A stretch of DNA of 63,926 bases, counting the filler, from Nitrospirota bacterium (lineage in GTDB: Bacteria > UBA2233): NCBI GenBank assembly GCA_011620345.1. It is 8 parts of 8 records of this genome, joined end to end, with 100 filler letters (N's around TTAATTAATTAA, not from the genome) between each part and the next. Parts side by side here need not be neighbours in the genome. Positions count along the whole stretch, not along the records: positions 9,118 to 17,727 come from WOZJ01000028.1; positions 17,828 to 26,363 come from WOZJ01000001.1; 6 more parts are not named here. One strand, given 5' to 3'. Position 1 is the first letter of the stretch. The number at the start of each line of letters is the position of its first letter. Shown here one piece after another: positions 9,388 to 19,316 of the stretch. The position numbers and the translations under genes were made by a program. The notes beneath the pieces are model-generated. The model made no database searches, was not told where the DNA came from, and saw nothing but the letters and a program-made list of their open reading frames with translations.

Positions 9388-11358
9388 ATGGTACTTGTGA
9401 TTCTTGGGGCTGTCGCCCTTTGGTTGCTCCTTAGCCTTTTTGCCCTTCTGCTTAGGGAACGGTTTTATTTTGTCTTTCCTTTAAGCGCCGTCGGCTCTTT
9501 GTGCATTTTTGCCGGAAGCGTATGGGCCCTTTCCAAATCCCAGCCTGAAATACCGCTCGCCTTCTACTTATCCGGATTTTTACTGCACTTGCGCCTGGAT
9601 GCCTTAGCCTCGGTCTTTCTAGCCTTGCTTGGCGCTTCATCTTTTGGCATTTCTTTGTATTGTCTGGGGTATTTTCGCCGGACCCAAGGCGCGAATCCTT
9701 CCCTGCTCGGCTTTTGGTATCACCTTTTCCTTTCCGCCATGGCACTGGTTTTGTTGGCCGACGATGCCTACGCCTTCATGATGTCCTGGGAGATCATGGC
9801 GCTTTCTTCGTATTTTCTGGTCGTTACCGACCATCGCATTACGGTCATTCGTAAGGCCGGATTTTTGTACCTCCTCATCGCCCACCTCGGAGCATTTGCC
9901 ATTTTGCTCTCGTTCGCCATCTTGGGGAAAGGGGATTGGAGCTTTGCCGCGATGCGCCAAATGGATCATAGCGCGGGTGCAGCAAGCGTGGCCTTCCTTC
10001 TTTCGCTGTTGGGCTTTGGCGCCAAGGCGGGGGTATTGCCCTTTCATGTCTGGCTTCCGGAAGCACATCCAGCGGCACCTTCCCCGGTATCGGCTCTCAT
10101 GAGCGGCGTTATGCTCAAGACGGCCGTTTACGGCATGATGCGCGTTGGCTTCGATCTTCTGCCCCTGCAATTATGGTGGTGGGGGGCCATCGTCCTTGGG
10201 CTTGGCTTGTTGGCAGCCCTCTTCGGCGTCCTTTTTGGCGCGGTAGAGACCGACATGAAACGCCTGCTCGCGTATTCGTCCATCGAGAACATCGGCATTC
10301 TACTGGTCGGCATGGGGCTCGGGCTGATCTTTTTTTCGTTTGGCATGGCACCCATCGCGGCCCTGGCCCTTACTGCCACCTTGTACCACGCCATCAACCA
10401 CTCGTTGTTCAAATCCCTCCTTTTTCTTGCAACCGGTTCGGTATTGCACGCCACAAGCGAGCGGAACCTGGGCAAACTGGGCGGGCTCATCCACCCCATG
10501 CCCAAAGTGGCCCTGCTTACGCTTGTCGGAGTCCTCGCACTTGCCGGTTTGCCGCCTTTGAATGGCTTTGCCTCCGAGTGGCTTCTTTTACAGACCTTTT
10601 TGCTGACGCCCTCCCTGCCCAATTCCTTCCTCAACATGCTGATTCCCGTGGCGGCGGGCGGTCTTGTGCTGGCAAGCGCGCTTGCCGCTTACGTAATGGT
10701 CAAGTTCTACGGGGTTGTTTTTCTAGGACAGCCGCGCGAGGAAAAACTTAAGACGGCTCACGACGCCGATTTTTGGGAGAGGCTCGGCATGGGGTGGCTT
10801 GCTGCGGGGTGCATTCTTCTAGGAATCTTGCCCGTGTCGGCAGTCTTGATGCTCGATAAGGCCACGAAGCTCCTGGTTGGCGTAGGCATCGGCCAAACCG
10901 CCGGCAAGAGCTTCTTTTTTCTCACCCCTATCGCCTCCGAGCGCGCAAGCTACAGCCCTTTGTTTTTCTTGCTGGTCGTCTTGGCCGTGGTGATTTTGAC
11001 GTTTGTCGCCGTCCGGTTTTTCTACCACGGCAGGGTGCACCGCGCGCCCGCGTGGGATTGCGGGTTCGGCGTGCTCACACCTCGCATGGAAGATACGGCA
11101 GAAGGCTTCGGGCAACCGATACGTCGGATTCTTGAGCCTGTTTTTTCTATCGAGCGGCAGATGCCCGACCCATTTTCCGAAAAACCTCGCTACCACATCC
11201 AGGTGGAAGACCGTCTCTGGACGCTTCTTTATCGCCCGATCGTCCGCGTTACCGAGTGGGTTGCAGCCAGAATCGCCATTATGCAGCACGGTCGAATCTA
11301 TGGCTACCTGCTTTATATGTTCGCCACACTCCTCCTTTTGCTCTTTTTAGCACGATGA
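9388..11358 (+). CDS. hyfB: Hydrogenase-4 component B-like antiporter subunit (Ehr complex)
   Basis: WEIMALSSYFLV, HVWLPEAHPAAPSPVSALMSG, LLAYSSIEN, WDCG motifs. Confidence 0.92.
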   Translation: MVLVILGAVALWLLLSLFALLLRERFYFVFPLSAVGSLCIFAGSVWALSKSQPEIPLAFYLSGFLLHLRLDALASVFLALLGASSFGISLYCLGYFRRTQGANPSLLGFWYHLFLSAMALVLLADDAYAFMMSWEIMALSSYFLVVTDHRITVIRKAGFLYLLIAHLGAFAILLSFAILGKGDWSFAAMRQMDHSAGAASVAFLLSLLGFGAKAGVLPFHVWLPEAHPAAPSPVSALMSGVMLKTAVYGMMRVGFDLLPLQLWWWGAIVLGLGLLAALFGVLFGAVETDMKRLLAYSSIENIGILLVGMGLGLIFFSFGMAPIAALALTATLYHAINHSLFKSLLFLATGSVLHATSERNLGKLGGLIHPMPKVALLTLVGVLALAGLPPLNGFASEWLLLQTFLLTPSLPNSFLNMLIPVAAGGLVLASALAAYVMVKFYGVVFLGQPREEKLKTAHDADFWERLGMGWLAAGCILLGILPVSAVLMLDKATKLLVGVGIGQTAGKSFFFLTPIASERASYSPLFFLLVVLAVVILTFVAVRFFYHGRVHRAPAWDCGFGVLTPRMEDTAEGFGQPIRRILEPVFSIERQMPDPFSEKPRYHIQVEDRLWTLLYRPIVRVTEWVAARIAIMQHGRIYGYLLYMFATLLLLLFLAR

Positions 11359-12299
11359 GCAAGCTTATGGGCATCCTCTTTCAGCTCTTCCAATCGCTTT
11401 TGGTTATTGCCTTCGCGCCTCTTTGGCTGGGTTGGATCAATCAATGCCGGGCATGGCTGTTGAACGCCAAGGGTGCGGGCGTCTTCCAGCCTTACCGCCA
11501 ATTGCGCAAACTCTTTTCCAAGGATGCAGTGCTTGCTGAAAACGCCTCTCCCGTTTTTCGCACCGCGCCCTACGTCATCTTTGGCTCTATGTGGCTTGCG
11601 GCGGCCATGGTCCCGATATTCGTCCCGGATTTGCCCTATGCTCCCGCGGCGGATGTGATCGCCCTGACCGGCGTGTTTGCCGTGGCGCGCGTCTTTCTCG
11701 CGCTGGCGGCCATGGATGTCGGTACAGCCTTCGGCGGGCTTGGCGCAAGGCGCGAAATGTTCGTGGGCTTTTTGGCGGAACCGGCACTCTTAATGGTTTT
11801 TTTTGCCGCATCCTTAATTAGCCAGTCCACCTCGCTTTCTACGATTGTCAAAACCCTGGCTCATCCGCCCTTTGTTTTTCATCCGAGCCTTGCGTTCGCC
11901 GCCGCAGCCTTTCTCATGGTCTTTTTGGCTGAAAACGCCAGGCTTCCGGTGGATAACCCCAGAACGCACCTTGAGCTCACCATGATCCATGAAGCCATGG
12001 TGCTTGAATATTCGGCAAGACACTTGGCGCTCATCGAGTGGGCCTCAAGCATCAAGCTTTTTACCTATACGGCCCTTGGCATTGCCCTTTTCTTCCCTTA
12101 TGGCATTGCCCTTACCTGGAAAGGGCTCCCTATAGCCTTTTTGGCGCTTGTTCTCAAATTCTTCCTGGCGGGCGTCTTTCTGGCGGTATTTGAGACGTTA
12201 TGCGCGAAGATGCGGCTTTTCCGTGTGCCAGAATTCATGGGCATGGCCTTCTTGCTGGCGGTCTTGAGTATGTTCACCCACGTCCTTTTGGGCTCCTAA
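11355..12299 (+). CDS. hyfC: Hydrogenase-4 component C / NuoH-like membrane subunit
   Basis: QPYRQLRKLFSK, AENARLPVDNPRTHLELTMIHEAMVLEYS; ATGA overlap with hyfB stop. Confidence 0.92.
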   Translation: MSKLMGILFQLFQSLLVIAFAPLWLGWINQCRAWLLNAKGAGVFQPYRQLRKLFSKDAVLAENASPVFRTAPYVIFGSMWLAAAMVPIFVPDLPYAPAADVIALTGVFAVARVFLALAAMDVGTAFGGLGARREMFVGFLAEPALLMVFFAASLISQSTSLSTIVKTLAHPPFVFHPSLAFAAAAFLMVFLAENARLPVDNPRTHLELTMIHEAMVLEYSARHLALIEWASSIKLFTYTALGIALFFPYGIALTWKGLPIAFLALVLKFFLAGVFLAVFETLCAKMRLFRVPEFMGMAFLLAVLSMFTHVLLGS

Positions 12300-12947
12300 A
12301 TGCTGGAATTCGTCAACTTCCTTGCGGCACTCCTTCTTCTGATTGCCTTTGCCATGCTTGCGCAAAGACGAGAGTTCCCCTTGATAAACCTTTTCGCGCT
12401 GCAAGGCTTGGTCTTGTCAATCAGCACCTTTTCCGTTGCATTCATGACCGGGAAAAACCATCTTTATCTTTCGGCCGCCATGACGTTTCTTCTGAAAGCT
12501 ATCGTTCTTCCCGTCATTCTTCGCCGCCTGGTACGAAGGCTTGGCGTGCAATGGAGCACGGAAACGCTCCTGAACATTCCGACAACAATGCTTTTGGGGA
12601 TCGTCCTCGTGGCGTTCTCCTTCAATCTCGCCAACCCTGTTTCAAGGCTGGCGGGAACGGTCACGCACGGCACCTTCGCGATTGCCACGGCGAGCGTGCT
12701 CCTTGCTTTCTTGATGATGGTCACCCGCAAAAGAGCCATATCCCAAGTCATGGCCTTTTTGGCGATGGAAAACGGTCTTTTTTTTGCGGCGACAAGCGTG
12801 ACGTATGGCATGCCGATGGTGGTTGAAATCGGCATCGCGCTCGATGTGCTCGTTGGCGTCTTTATCCTGGGGATTTTCCTTTTTCAGCTGGCCGAATCGC
12901 CAGACCACCTCGATTTGAGCCACCTCGAGAAAATGAAGGCGGACTAA
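12300..12947 (+). CDS. hyfE: Hydrogenase-4 membrane component E
   Basis: LKAIVLP and AISQVMAFLAMENGLFF...MPMVVEIGIALDV. Confidence 0.9.
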   Translation: MLEFVNFLAALLLLIAFAMLAQRREFPLINLFALQGLVLSISTFSVAFMTGKNHLYLSAAMTFLLKAIVLPVILRRLVRRLGVQWSTETLLNIPTTMLLGIVLVAFSFNLANPVSRLAGTVTHGTFAIATASVLLAFLMMVTRKRAISQVMAFLAMENGLFFAATSVTYGMPMVVEIGIALDVLVGVFILGIFLFQLAESPDHLDLSHLEKMKAD

Positions 12948-14387
12948 GTGGAGATTGGTTTCATCCTTGGGGTCCCCCTCTTAGGGGGGATCACTCTCGC
13001 CATGCTGGGCCAAAAAGCATGGGCATCCGCCCTCAATAGCCTCTTTTCCTTCTTGCTGCTTGCCGCCACGGCCTTTCTCGTGCTTCGCTTCGTCAAGCAT
13101 GGCCCCTTTAGCGCCTTTGGGGAACAGTTTTTCATTGACTCTCTGAACATTTTCTTGATTGCCCTGACCTCCCTTGTCGCCTTTACCACCTCGCTTTTTA
13201 GCGGAACCTACATGCGCCGCGAGAAAGAAGAGGGCCGGCTTACCCCTGGCAGCCTGCACCTCTACCACTCTATGTTCCAGATCTTTGTCCTGACCATGGT
13301 CCTCGCCCTTTCGTCCAACAACCTGGGCATTTTGTGGGTATCCATGGAGGCGGCGACACTTTCAACCGTTCTTCTGGTCTCGCTTTATCGCACCAAAGCA
13401 GGATTCGGGGCGGCATGGAACTATTTCATCCTTTGCAGCGTGGGAATTTCCCAAGCGCTTTTTGGCACGATTCTGCTTTATTTCTCCGCCGCGCAAGTCG
13501 CTGGCCCCGACGAACATGCAATTCTTTGGACGCACTTAGAAAGCATCAAGGATTCGTTGCCGCCAAGCGTCGTTTCCCTTGCCTTCATTTTCCTGCTTGT
13601 CGGTTACGGCGCCAAGGCAGGCCTTGTTCCCCTCCACAACTGGCTGCCCGATGCGCATGCCGAAGGGCCAACGCCGGTGTCCGCACTTCTGTCCGGGCTT
13701 TTGCTCAACGTCGCCTTGTATGCAATTCTACGCGTAAAAATCCTGGTCGACGGCGCCCTTCATTCCAACTTTGCCGGCAATCTCATGATGGCTTTCGGCC
13801 TTTTGAGCGTGGTCGTCGCCGCCTTCTTCCTTCTTCGCCAGAAGAGCTTGAAGCGCCTCTTTGCTTATTCTTCCATCGAGCATGTAGGCTTGATGACCTT
13901 TGCCTTTGGCCTGGGCGGGGTCGGCAGCATGGCCGGCCTCTTGCACATGACTACCCATACCCTGGCCAAGTCCGCGGCCTTCTTCGCGGCAGGCGAAGTC
14001 ATCCAGAAAGCACATACCCAAACAATGGGCGACATCCGCGGCGTCATACGCCAAATTCCAGGGGCTGGCTGGGGCCTTATGTTTGCAGGCCTTCTGTTGG
14101 CCGGTATCCCCCCTTCCGGCATTTTTCTAAGCGAGTTTATGATGCTGGGATTAAGCGTTCGTCAAGCGGTATGGACGTTGCCCTTCATGCTCGTAGGCTT
14201 GGGAGTCGGCTTTGCGGCCATTGTCTGGAAAATTCAGGAGATGGTCTTTGGAGAGGCGAAGGCGACGAGCGTTTCCTTTTCTGCGCCTCTGGTGTGGATT
14301 CACCTCGTCTTGGCGATCCTTTTAGGTTTTTATATTCCGCCGTATCTTCTGCATTGGTACCGCGAAGCGGCGAAACTTCTAGGATAA
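12948..14387 (+). CDS. hyfF: Hydrogenase-4 component F-like antiporter subunit
   Basis: NNLGILWVSMEAATL, HNWLPDAHAEGPTPVSALLSG, AYSSIEH. Confidence 0.92.
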   Translation: MEIGFILGVPLLGGITLAMLGQKAWASALNSLFSFLLLAATAFLVLRFVKHGPFSAFGEQFFIDSLNIFLIALTSLVAFTTSLFSGTYMRREKEEGRLTPGSLHLYHSMFQIFVLTMVLALSSNNLGILWVSMEAATLSTVLLVSLYRTKAGFGAAWNYFILCSVGISQALFGTILLYFSAAQVAGPDEHAILWTHLESIKDSLPPSVVSLAFIFLLVGYGAKAGLVPLHNWLPDAHAEGPTPVSALLSGLLLNVALYAILRVKILVDGALHSNFAGNLMMAFGLLSVVVAAFFLLRQKSLKRLFAYSSIEHVGLMTFAFGLGGVGSMAGLLHMTTHTLAKSAAFFAAGEVIQKAHTQTMGDIRGVIRQIPGAGWGLMFAGLLLAGIPPSGIFLSEFMMLGLSVRQAVWTLPFMLVGLGVGFAAIVWKIQEMVFGEAKATSVSFSAPLVWIHLVLAILLGFYIPPYLLHWYREAAKLLG

Positions 14388-14397
14388 GGGTAGCCCC

Positions 14398-15945
14398 ATG
14401 GATCTTGCAGGTTTTACGGCCATGCTCCAGACGATCAGCAAAGCCCCTAAAGCGGCCTACGGCGTGTTTGAGGTATCGAAGCTGCGACCTGCCTGCAGCA
14501 TCCTCCAGTCAGCGGGCGGGCGGCTTATCGCCCTCTGGGGGAGTGATGAGCGCGAATCTCTCGATGCACCTTGCCCCTTTGCCCTGCACCTCGCCTTTGC
14601 CCTCGGTCCAACGCTTGGGCTGGTCTGGATTGCCATTCCTCTCGAAGCGCCCGAATACCCGAGCATTCATGACATCTTTCCGGCCGCATCACGGATGCAG
14701 CGCGCCGCCTTTGATTTGTCCGGGCTTTCCGCGATCAACAGCCCAGACGCCAGAAAATGGCTCCGTCACGGAGCATGGCCGCAAGAGGCATTCCCCCTGC
14801 AAAAACGCTTTTCCGGCTCTTTCCCCATAGAGGCCGATGATTACCCCTTTGTCACGGTCGAAGGCGACGGCGTATCGGAAATTCCGGTAGGGCCAGTCCA
14901 TGCCGGAACGATCGAGCCAGGACACTTTCGCTTCTCGGTCGTTGGTGAAAAAGTGCTGCGCCTGGAAGAGCGGCTGGGTTACACGCACAAAGGCATCGAA
15001 AAGCGCTTTGAATCGCTCGGGATGATGGACGGCGCACGCCTGGCTGGACGAATCAGCGGAGACAGCACGGTCGCTTACGCATGGGCCTACGCAATGGCAA
15101 TCGAAAGGGCGACGGGCACAACGCCGCCCCAAAGGGCCCTTTGGCTACGGGCCCTTTGGCTCGAACGAGAGCGCGCGATGAATCACTTGGGCGATTTGGG
15201 CGCCATAGCGAACGATGCCGGGTTTGCGTTTGGGCTTGCCCAGTTTTCCCGCCTCAAAGAAGACCTGTTGCGTGAAAATTTTGCCATGAGCGGCCACCGC
15301 TACCTCATGGACGCAGTTGTTCCAGGCGGGGTCGCTGGCGACCCCGGGGATCGTCTTGTCCACGTCGTCGATGAAGCCCAAAGATTTGAAGCGGAGCTAG
15401 ACGAGCTCAAGGCCATATACGACGATCACGCCGGCCTGCAAGATCGTTTCCGGGGAGCCGGGCGTCTTTCCCCAAGTCTTGCCGCTAGGCTTGGCGTGGT
15501 CGGTCTTGCCGCCCGCGCGAGTGGCAAAGCCATGGATTTGCGGGCAGACTTTCCTTCCTCGCCCTATGACCAACTTGACCTCAAAATCGCTACGGCGGCC
15601 GAGGGCGACGTGGCCGCGCGAGTGGCCGTACGCTTTGCCGAAATCCAGGAATCCCTTCGCCTGTGGAGAATCATCGCGCAAAGAATCCCGTCGGGCAGCG
15701 TCCTGGAGCCAATACCCCCAGACCCCCCTCCTGCCCTAGGCGTAGGATGGGTGGAGGGCTGGCGAGGCGAAGTATTGATTGCGCTCGCGCTGGGCAATCA
15801 TGGGGCACTTGCACGCGTCCACGCGCATGATCCTTCCTGGCAAAACTGGCCGGCACTCGAGCACGCCGTCTTGGACAATATCGTTCCCGATTTTCCTTTG
15901 ATCAATAAATCGTTTAACCTCAGCTACAGCGGTCACGACCTCTAA
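14398..15945 (+). CDS. Ehr large subunit (HyfG/NuoCD-like) lacking NiFe ligands
   Basis: GPVHAGTIEPGHFRF and LGYTHKGIEK present; L1 reads RISGDS and L2 reads FNLSYSGHDL, with no CxxC pairs. Confidence 0.92.
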   Translation: MDLAGFTAMLQTISKAPKAAYGVFEVSKLRPACSILQSAGGRLIALWGSDERESLDAPCPFALHLAFALGPTLGLVWIAIPLEAPEYPSIHDIFPAASRMQRAAFDLSGLSAINSPDARKWLRHGAWPQEAFPLQKRFSGSFPIEADDYPFVTVEGDGVSEIPVGPVHAGTIEPGHFRFSVVGEKVLRLEERLGYTHKGIEKRFESLGMMDGARLAGRISGDSTVAYAWAYAMAIERATGTTPPQRALWLRALWLERERAMNHLGDLGAIANDAGFAFGLAQFSRLKEDLLRENFAMSGHRYLMDAVVPGGVAGDPGDRLVHVVDEAQRFEAELDELKAIYDDHAGLQDRFRGAGRLSPSLAARLGVVGLAARASGKAMDLRADFPSSPYDQLDLKIATAAEGDVAARVAVRFAEIQESLRLWRIIAQRIPSGSVLEPIPPDPPPALGVGWVEGWRGEVLIALALGNHGALARVHAHDPSWQNWPALEHAVLDNIVPDFPLINKSFNLSYSGHDL

Positions 15946-15959
15946 ACCGGAATTGCTCA

Positions 15960-16484
15960 ATGGAAAACATCGTCAAGAAAATACTTAAAACAGGGATCAA
16001 GAGCGAAGCCGCCCCTTTTCCCGATGAACGCTTGCGGGTTCTTCGCGGGCGGCTTTCTGAAGCGGTCTTGCGCCGCTTCGGGCGGGCGCTTGCCATAAGG
16101 CACGTGGATGCAGGCTCATGCAACGCTTGCGAGCTTGAAATCAACGCCATGCACAACCCTTACTACAACCTTGAAGGCTTGGGCATCCATTTCGTGGCCA
16201 GTCCTAGACATGCCGACCTTTTGCTGGTGACCGGGCCAGTATCACGCCACATGGAGCTTGCCTTGAAGCGCACTTATGAGGCTACTCCAGACCCAAAGCT
16301 CGTCGTCGCTTGCGGCGATTGCGGCGTTTGTGGCGGAATTTTCGGGGAAAGCTACGCAAGCCTAGGGCGCGTGGCCAACGTGATTCCGGTTGACGTTGCA
16401 GTGCCCGGATGCCCGCCTTCGCCTAATGCCATCATTCAAGGCATTCTGACGGCGCTGATGCCAGAAGCCGAAACCCAGGCTTAA
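15960..16484 (+). CDS. Ehr small subunit (HyfI/NuoB-like, one [4Fe-4S])
   Basis: GSCNACELE, SPRHADLLLVTGP, GDC, PGCPP. Confidence 0.93.
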   Translation: MENIVKKILKTGIKSEAAPFPDERLRVLRGRLSEAVLRRFGRALAIRHVDAGSCNACELEINAMHNPYYNLEGLGIHFVASPRHADLLLVTGPVSRHMELALKRTYEATPDPKLVVACGDCGVCGGIFGESYASLGRVANVIPVDVAVPGCPPSPNAIIQGILTALMPEAETQA

Positions 16485-16568
16485 ACGTAAAAAGGCCCTG
16501 GCGGCCTGCCAATATCCGCTCAGCATGGCATCGTCATGCCCACGGACGGGGGTTGGGAAATCAAAACG

Positions 16569-17414
16569 CTAGAACAGGGCAATATTGGGCAGCTCGTAGC
16601 CTTCGCCCGGGGGGCGCAAGAACGAGCGTACGAGGTGCACGCAGGAAAAATCACCGCGCGAGATGGCGTGCATCAACCATGGGTCTTGCCCTAAGACTTT
16701 GCGGGCGATGGTAGCGGCATCCATCCCCTTTTCGCTAAGCGGCAGGATTTTTTCCATGAGCCCCTCCATAAAGGCGAGCTTAGCCTTCAGGGCATTTTCT
16801 GGATCGGAAAGAACGCCCTTGTGGTAGCAGAAGGCAAATTTGGGCCTTAAACCGATTACGCGCCTTAGTGAATCCATCAGATCCATGGCATTTTCGTAGG
16901 GTCTTGCGCACGGAACCTTCGCGCTCAAGAACAAATCCCCCAAGAAAACCCAGCGCCTTTCGGGCTCAAAGAATACCACGTGATCGTGAGCATGTCCTGG
17001 CGTGGGGATGACCATGAGCCGTACCTTGCCGGCCTCGAGCGTATCTGGAAGAGGGTTTGCCTCGAGGCCATCTGGAACTCCCCAAAGGAGTCTTCTATAG
17101 GCGCCATGGGCCATGATCGAAGGGTTTTTTAAGATAGGCAAGGAAGCTTTCGGTGCAAACACGGGGATTCCAAAAGCGGCCTTCAGGAATGCGCTGTTGC
17201 CTATGTGGTCCTCGTGGGCGTGGGTGTGCACGATAAGCTGGGGTGGCTTGGCTTGAAGTGCCCTGGCAAGCGATCGTCTGGCCCGAAAAAACCCGGAGTC
17301 GATCAGCACGTCCCCAAGAAGCGGAACGAACGTGCCGTAAGACAACACGCCCGATAGCCGTGTTTGAAGCCGCACAAGGGTAAGCTCGTTGGTTAATTTT
17401 TTGAGCTCGAACAC
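16569..17414 (-). CDS. MBL-fold metallo-hydrolase
   Basis: LIDSG, HTHAHEDH, TPGHAHDH, GDLF; GTG start chosen after GAGGAG. Confidence 0.88.
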   Translation of the reverse strand: MFELKKLTNELTLVRLQTRLSGVLSYGTFVPLLGDVLIDSGFFRARRSLARALQAKPPQLIVHTHAHEDHIGNSAFLKAAFGIPVFAPKASLPILKNPSIMAHGAYRRLLWGVPDGLEANPLPDTLEAGKVRLMVIPTPGHAHDHVVFFEPERRWVFLGDLFLSAKVPCARPYENAMDLMDSLRRVIGLRPKFAFCYHKGVLSDPENALKAKLAFMEGLMEKILPLSEKGMDAATIARKVLGQDPWLMHAISRGDFSCVHLVRSFLRPPGEGYELPNIALF

Positions 17415-17440
17415 GCCGCCAGCTCCTCGTTTCTGTTCTC

Positions 17441-17727
17441 TTACGCCTCGTTTTCTACTACGGGGAGGCTCTCCCTGCCGTTTAAAGACCTCTTGGATGA
17501 AAGACCTTCTTGGGACTCTATCCTCTCCTCCAAATCGATAAACCCCTGGCCCGGGCACTCGATAAGAAGGCGCATGGCCCCTCGATGTGTTTGAACTTTC
17601 AGTTTACCACGCATGGAACAGCAGAGGGCTTCCATCCCTATTGCAATTGCACACCTTAGAATGAATGGCCTGGCAACATCCCAAGGCGCTTGATGCACCA
17701 CGGAGGGTGTTTTAGAATATTGAGGCT
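17441..17727 (-). CDS. Possible 3' fragment of an unidentified gene
   Basis: Frame of ORF 17441-17701 stays open to the contig end and stops just upstream of the MBL gene RBS; no recognisable motif. Confidence 0.3.
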
Positions 17728-17852
17728 NNNNNNNNNNNNNNNNNNNNNNNNNNNNNNNNNNNNNNNNNNNNTTAATTAATTAANNNNNNNNNNNNNNNNN
17801 NNNNNNNNNNNNNNNNNNNNNNNNNNNCGTCATGCCCGGTGCTCTCGGGAAC

Positions 17853-18881
17853 TCAGCCGCCTCGAAGCACGTCCTTTAGCGTGGCCATCTCACGGAACGC
17901 TCTCCAAGCGTGCATCAAAAGGCTCGCTGCAAGGATGGCGCCCGTTCCCTCGCCAAGCGCCATGTCGAGCGAAAGAATGGGTCTTGCACACAGCCGCTCG
18001 AGCACGGCCTTTGAGCCCGCCTCCCTGCCAACGTGCCCAAAGAACACGCACTTGTCGAGCTCTGGCTCGATAAGCCTCGCTACGAGGAACGCGGCCAAGG
18101 AAATGACCCCGTCGAGGACGGCCGGGATACGCCTTTTTTTAAGCCCCGCGTAGAACCCGGCAAGCGCCGCGATTTCGAGCCCTCCAAGTTCGGAAAGCAC
18201 GCTGACCGGGTCTTTTGGGTCCGGCCCTCGCTCGTTTAGCGCGCGTGTTACAACCCCTACCTTCTTTTCGTAGCCCTCCGGGTCGAGCCCGGAACCCCTG
18301 CCCACGACGCACTCCGGGGCCAGGCCCAAAAGAAGCGCAATGATGGCCGCGGAGGGAGTGGTATTGCCGATTCCCATCTCCCCGCCGATGCCGAGGTTCA
18401 CTCCTGCCTGGGCGAGGAGCCCCGCGTAGCGCTCCCCAACTTCCAGCGCCCTTTGGACCTCGTTTTCGCCCAACGCTGGGCCCTTCAAAAAGTTGACCGA
18501 GCCTTTTCTTATTTTGTCTTGAGAAACGCCCGGTATTCCTACAGTATCCGCGTCCACCCCCACGTCCGAAACCCAAAGCTTCGCCCCGATCGAGCGGCAG
18601 AACACCGAAATACATGCCCCACCGCTTGTGAAGGCCTTGAGCATCAACGCCGTCACTTCTTTTGGGTAGGCGCTAATGCCTTCCTCCGCCACGCCGTGGT
18701 CGGCGGCGAACACGACAACGCCGGGCCGAACCTCTTGAACATCGATGCTACCCCATACGGCCGCAAGGTTGGCCGTAAGCTCTTCTAGGCGGCCAAGCGC
18801 CCTTTTTGGCTTGGCCTTGCCTTCCCACGTAAGGAGCGCATCGTGATACAGCCGCTCATTCCACACGCATTGGGTCCTCAA
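17853..18881 (-). CDS. cobT: Nicotinate-nucleotide--dimethylbenzimidazole phosphoribosyltransferase
   Basis: LGRLEEL, FAADHGV, GEMGIGNTT, GGLEIA, LGEGTGA. Confidence 0.93.
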   Translation of the reverse strand: MRTQCVWNERLYHDALLTWEGKAKPKRALGRLEELTANLAAVWGSIDVQEVRPGVVVFAADHGVAEEGISAYPKEVTALMLKAFTSGGACISVFCRSIGAKLWVSDVGVDADTVGIPGVSQDKIRKGSVNFLKGPALGENEVQRALEVGERYAGLLAQAGVNLGIGGEMGIGNTTPSAAIIALLLGLAPECVVGRGSGLDPEGYEKKVGVVTRALNERGPDPKDPVSVLSELGGLEIAALAGFYAGLKKRRIPAVLDGVISLAAFLVARLIEPELDKCVFFGHVGREAGSKAVLERLCARPILSLDMALGEGTGAILAASLLMHAWRAFREMATLKDVLRGG

Positions 18882-19291
18882 GCCGGCCGGAAGGCAAGGT
18901 AGGCCTTGGAAACGCCCGCTTCCATTGCCTTGGGAAAGCCCGCCTTGAGGGGCATTCCGATTTTGATAGTTTCAGGCCTTTTGGTGTCCACGCCTTCGAT
19001 GCGGCCGACGATCCGGACGCCCTCATTCAACTCGACAACGCCCACTATGTAGGGGTTGTCCCGGCCGTAACCTTGTTCCGCCATAGACTTAGGAACGACA
19101 AAGATCGAGGTGAAGGCGATCAGCTTGCCATCGCCTTGAAACTCCTTCCATTCGAGCGCGTCCTTGTAGCATTGCACGCAAAAAGGCCTTGGCGGCAAAT
19201 ATATGGCCCCGCATTCCTTGCATTTCACGCCCATGAGCTTGGCTTCTTCCATGCCCATCCAATAGCTCAGCTCGTTGAACGACATTTCCAT
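18878..19291 (-). CDS. Zn-ribbon/OB-fold (DUF35) thiolase partner protein
   Basis: CKECG...PPRPFCVQC and PYIVGVVELNEG; RBS AAGGAG. Confidence 0.9.
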   Translation of the reverse strand: MEMSFNELSYWMGMEEAKLMGVKCKECGAIYLPPRPFCVQCYKDALEWKEFQGDGKLIAFTSIFVVPKSMAEQGYGRDNPYIVGVVELNEGVRIVGRIEGVDTKRPETIKIGMPLKAGFPKAMEAGVSKAYLAFRPA

Positions 19292-19316
19292 CGTGGTCTC
19301 CTTTGTTTCCAAATAT

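Noticed and set aside
13334-14830. 498-aa alternative-frame ORF over hyfF and the Ehr large subunit, and similar long shadow ORFs (35101-36072, 44922-45797)
   Set aside because: They overlap well-supported genes, have no motifs, and are expected from GC-rich codon bias
14398-15945. Active group 4 [NiFe]-hydrogenase or formate hydrogenlyase
   Set aside because: Both Ni-binding CxxC motifs are absent
17828-17845. Minus-strand GAGCACCGGGCATGACG as a group II intron 5' end matching the 3' end at 43457
   Set aside because: Only about 17 nt at a contig edge and it lacks the GTGCG start
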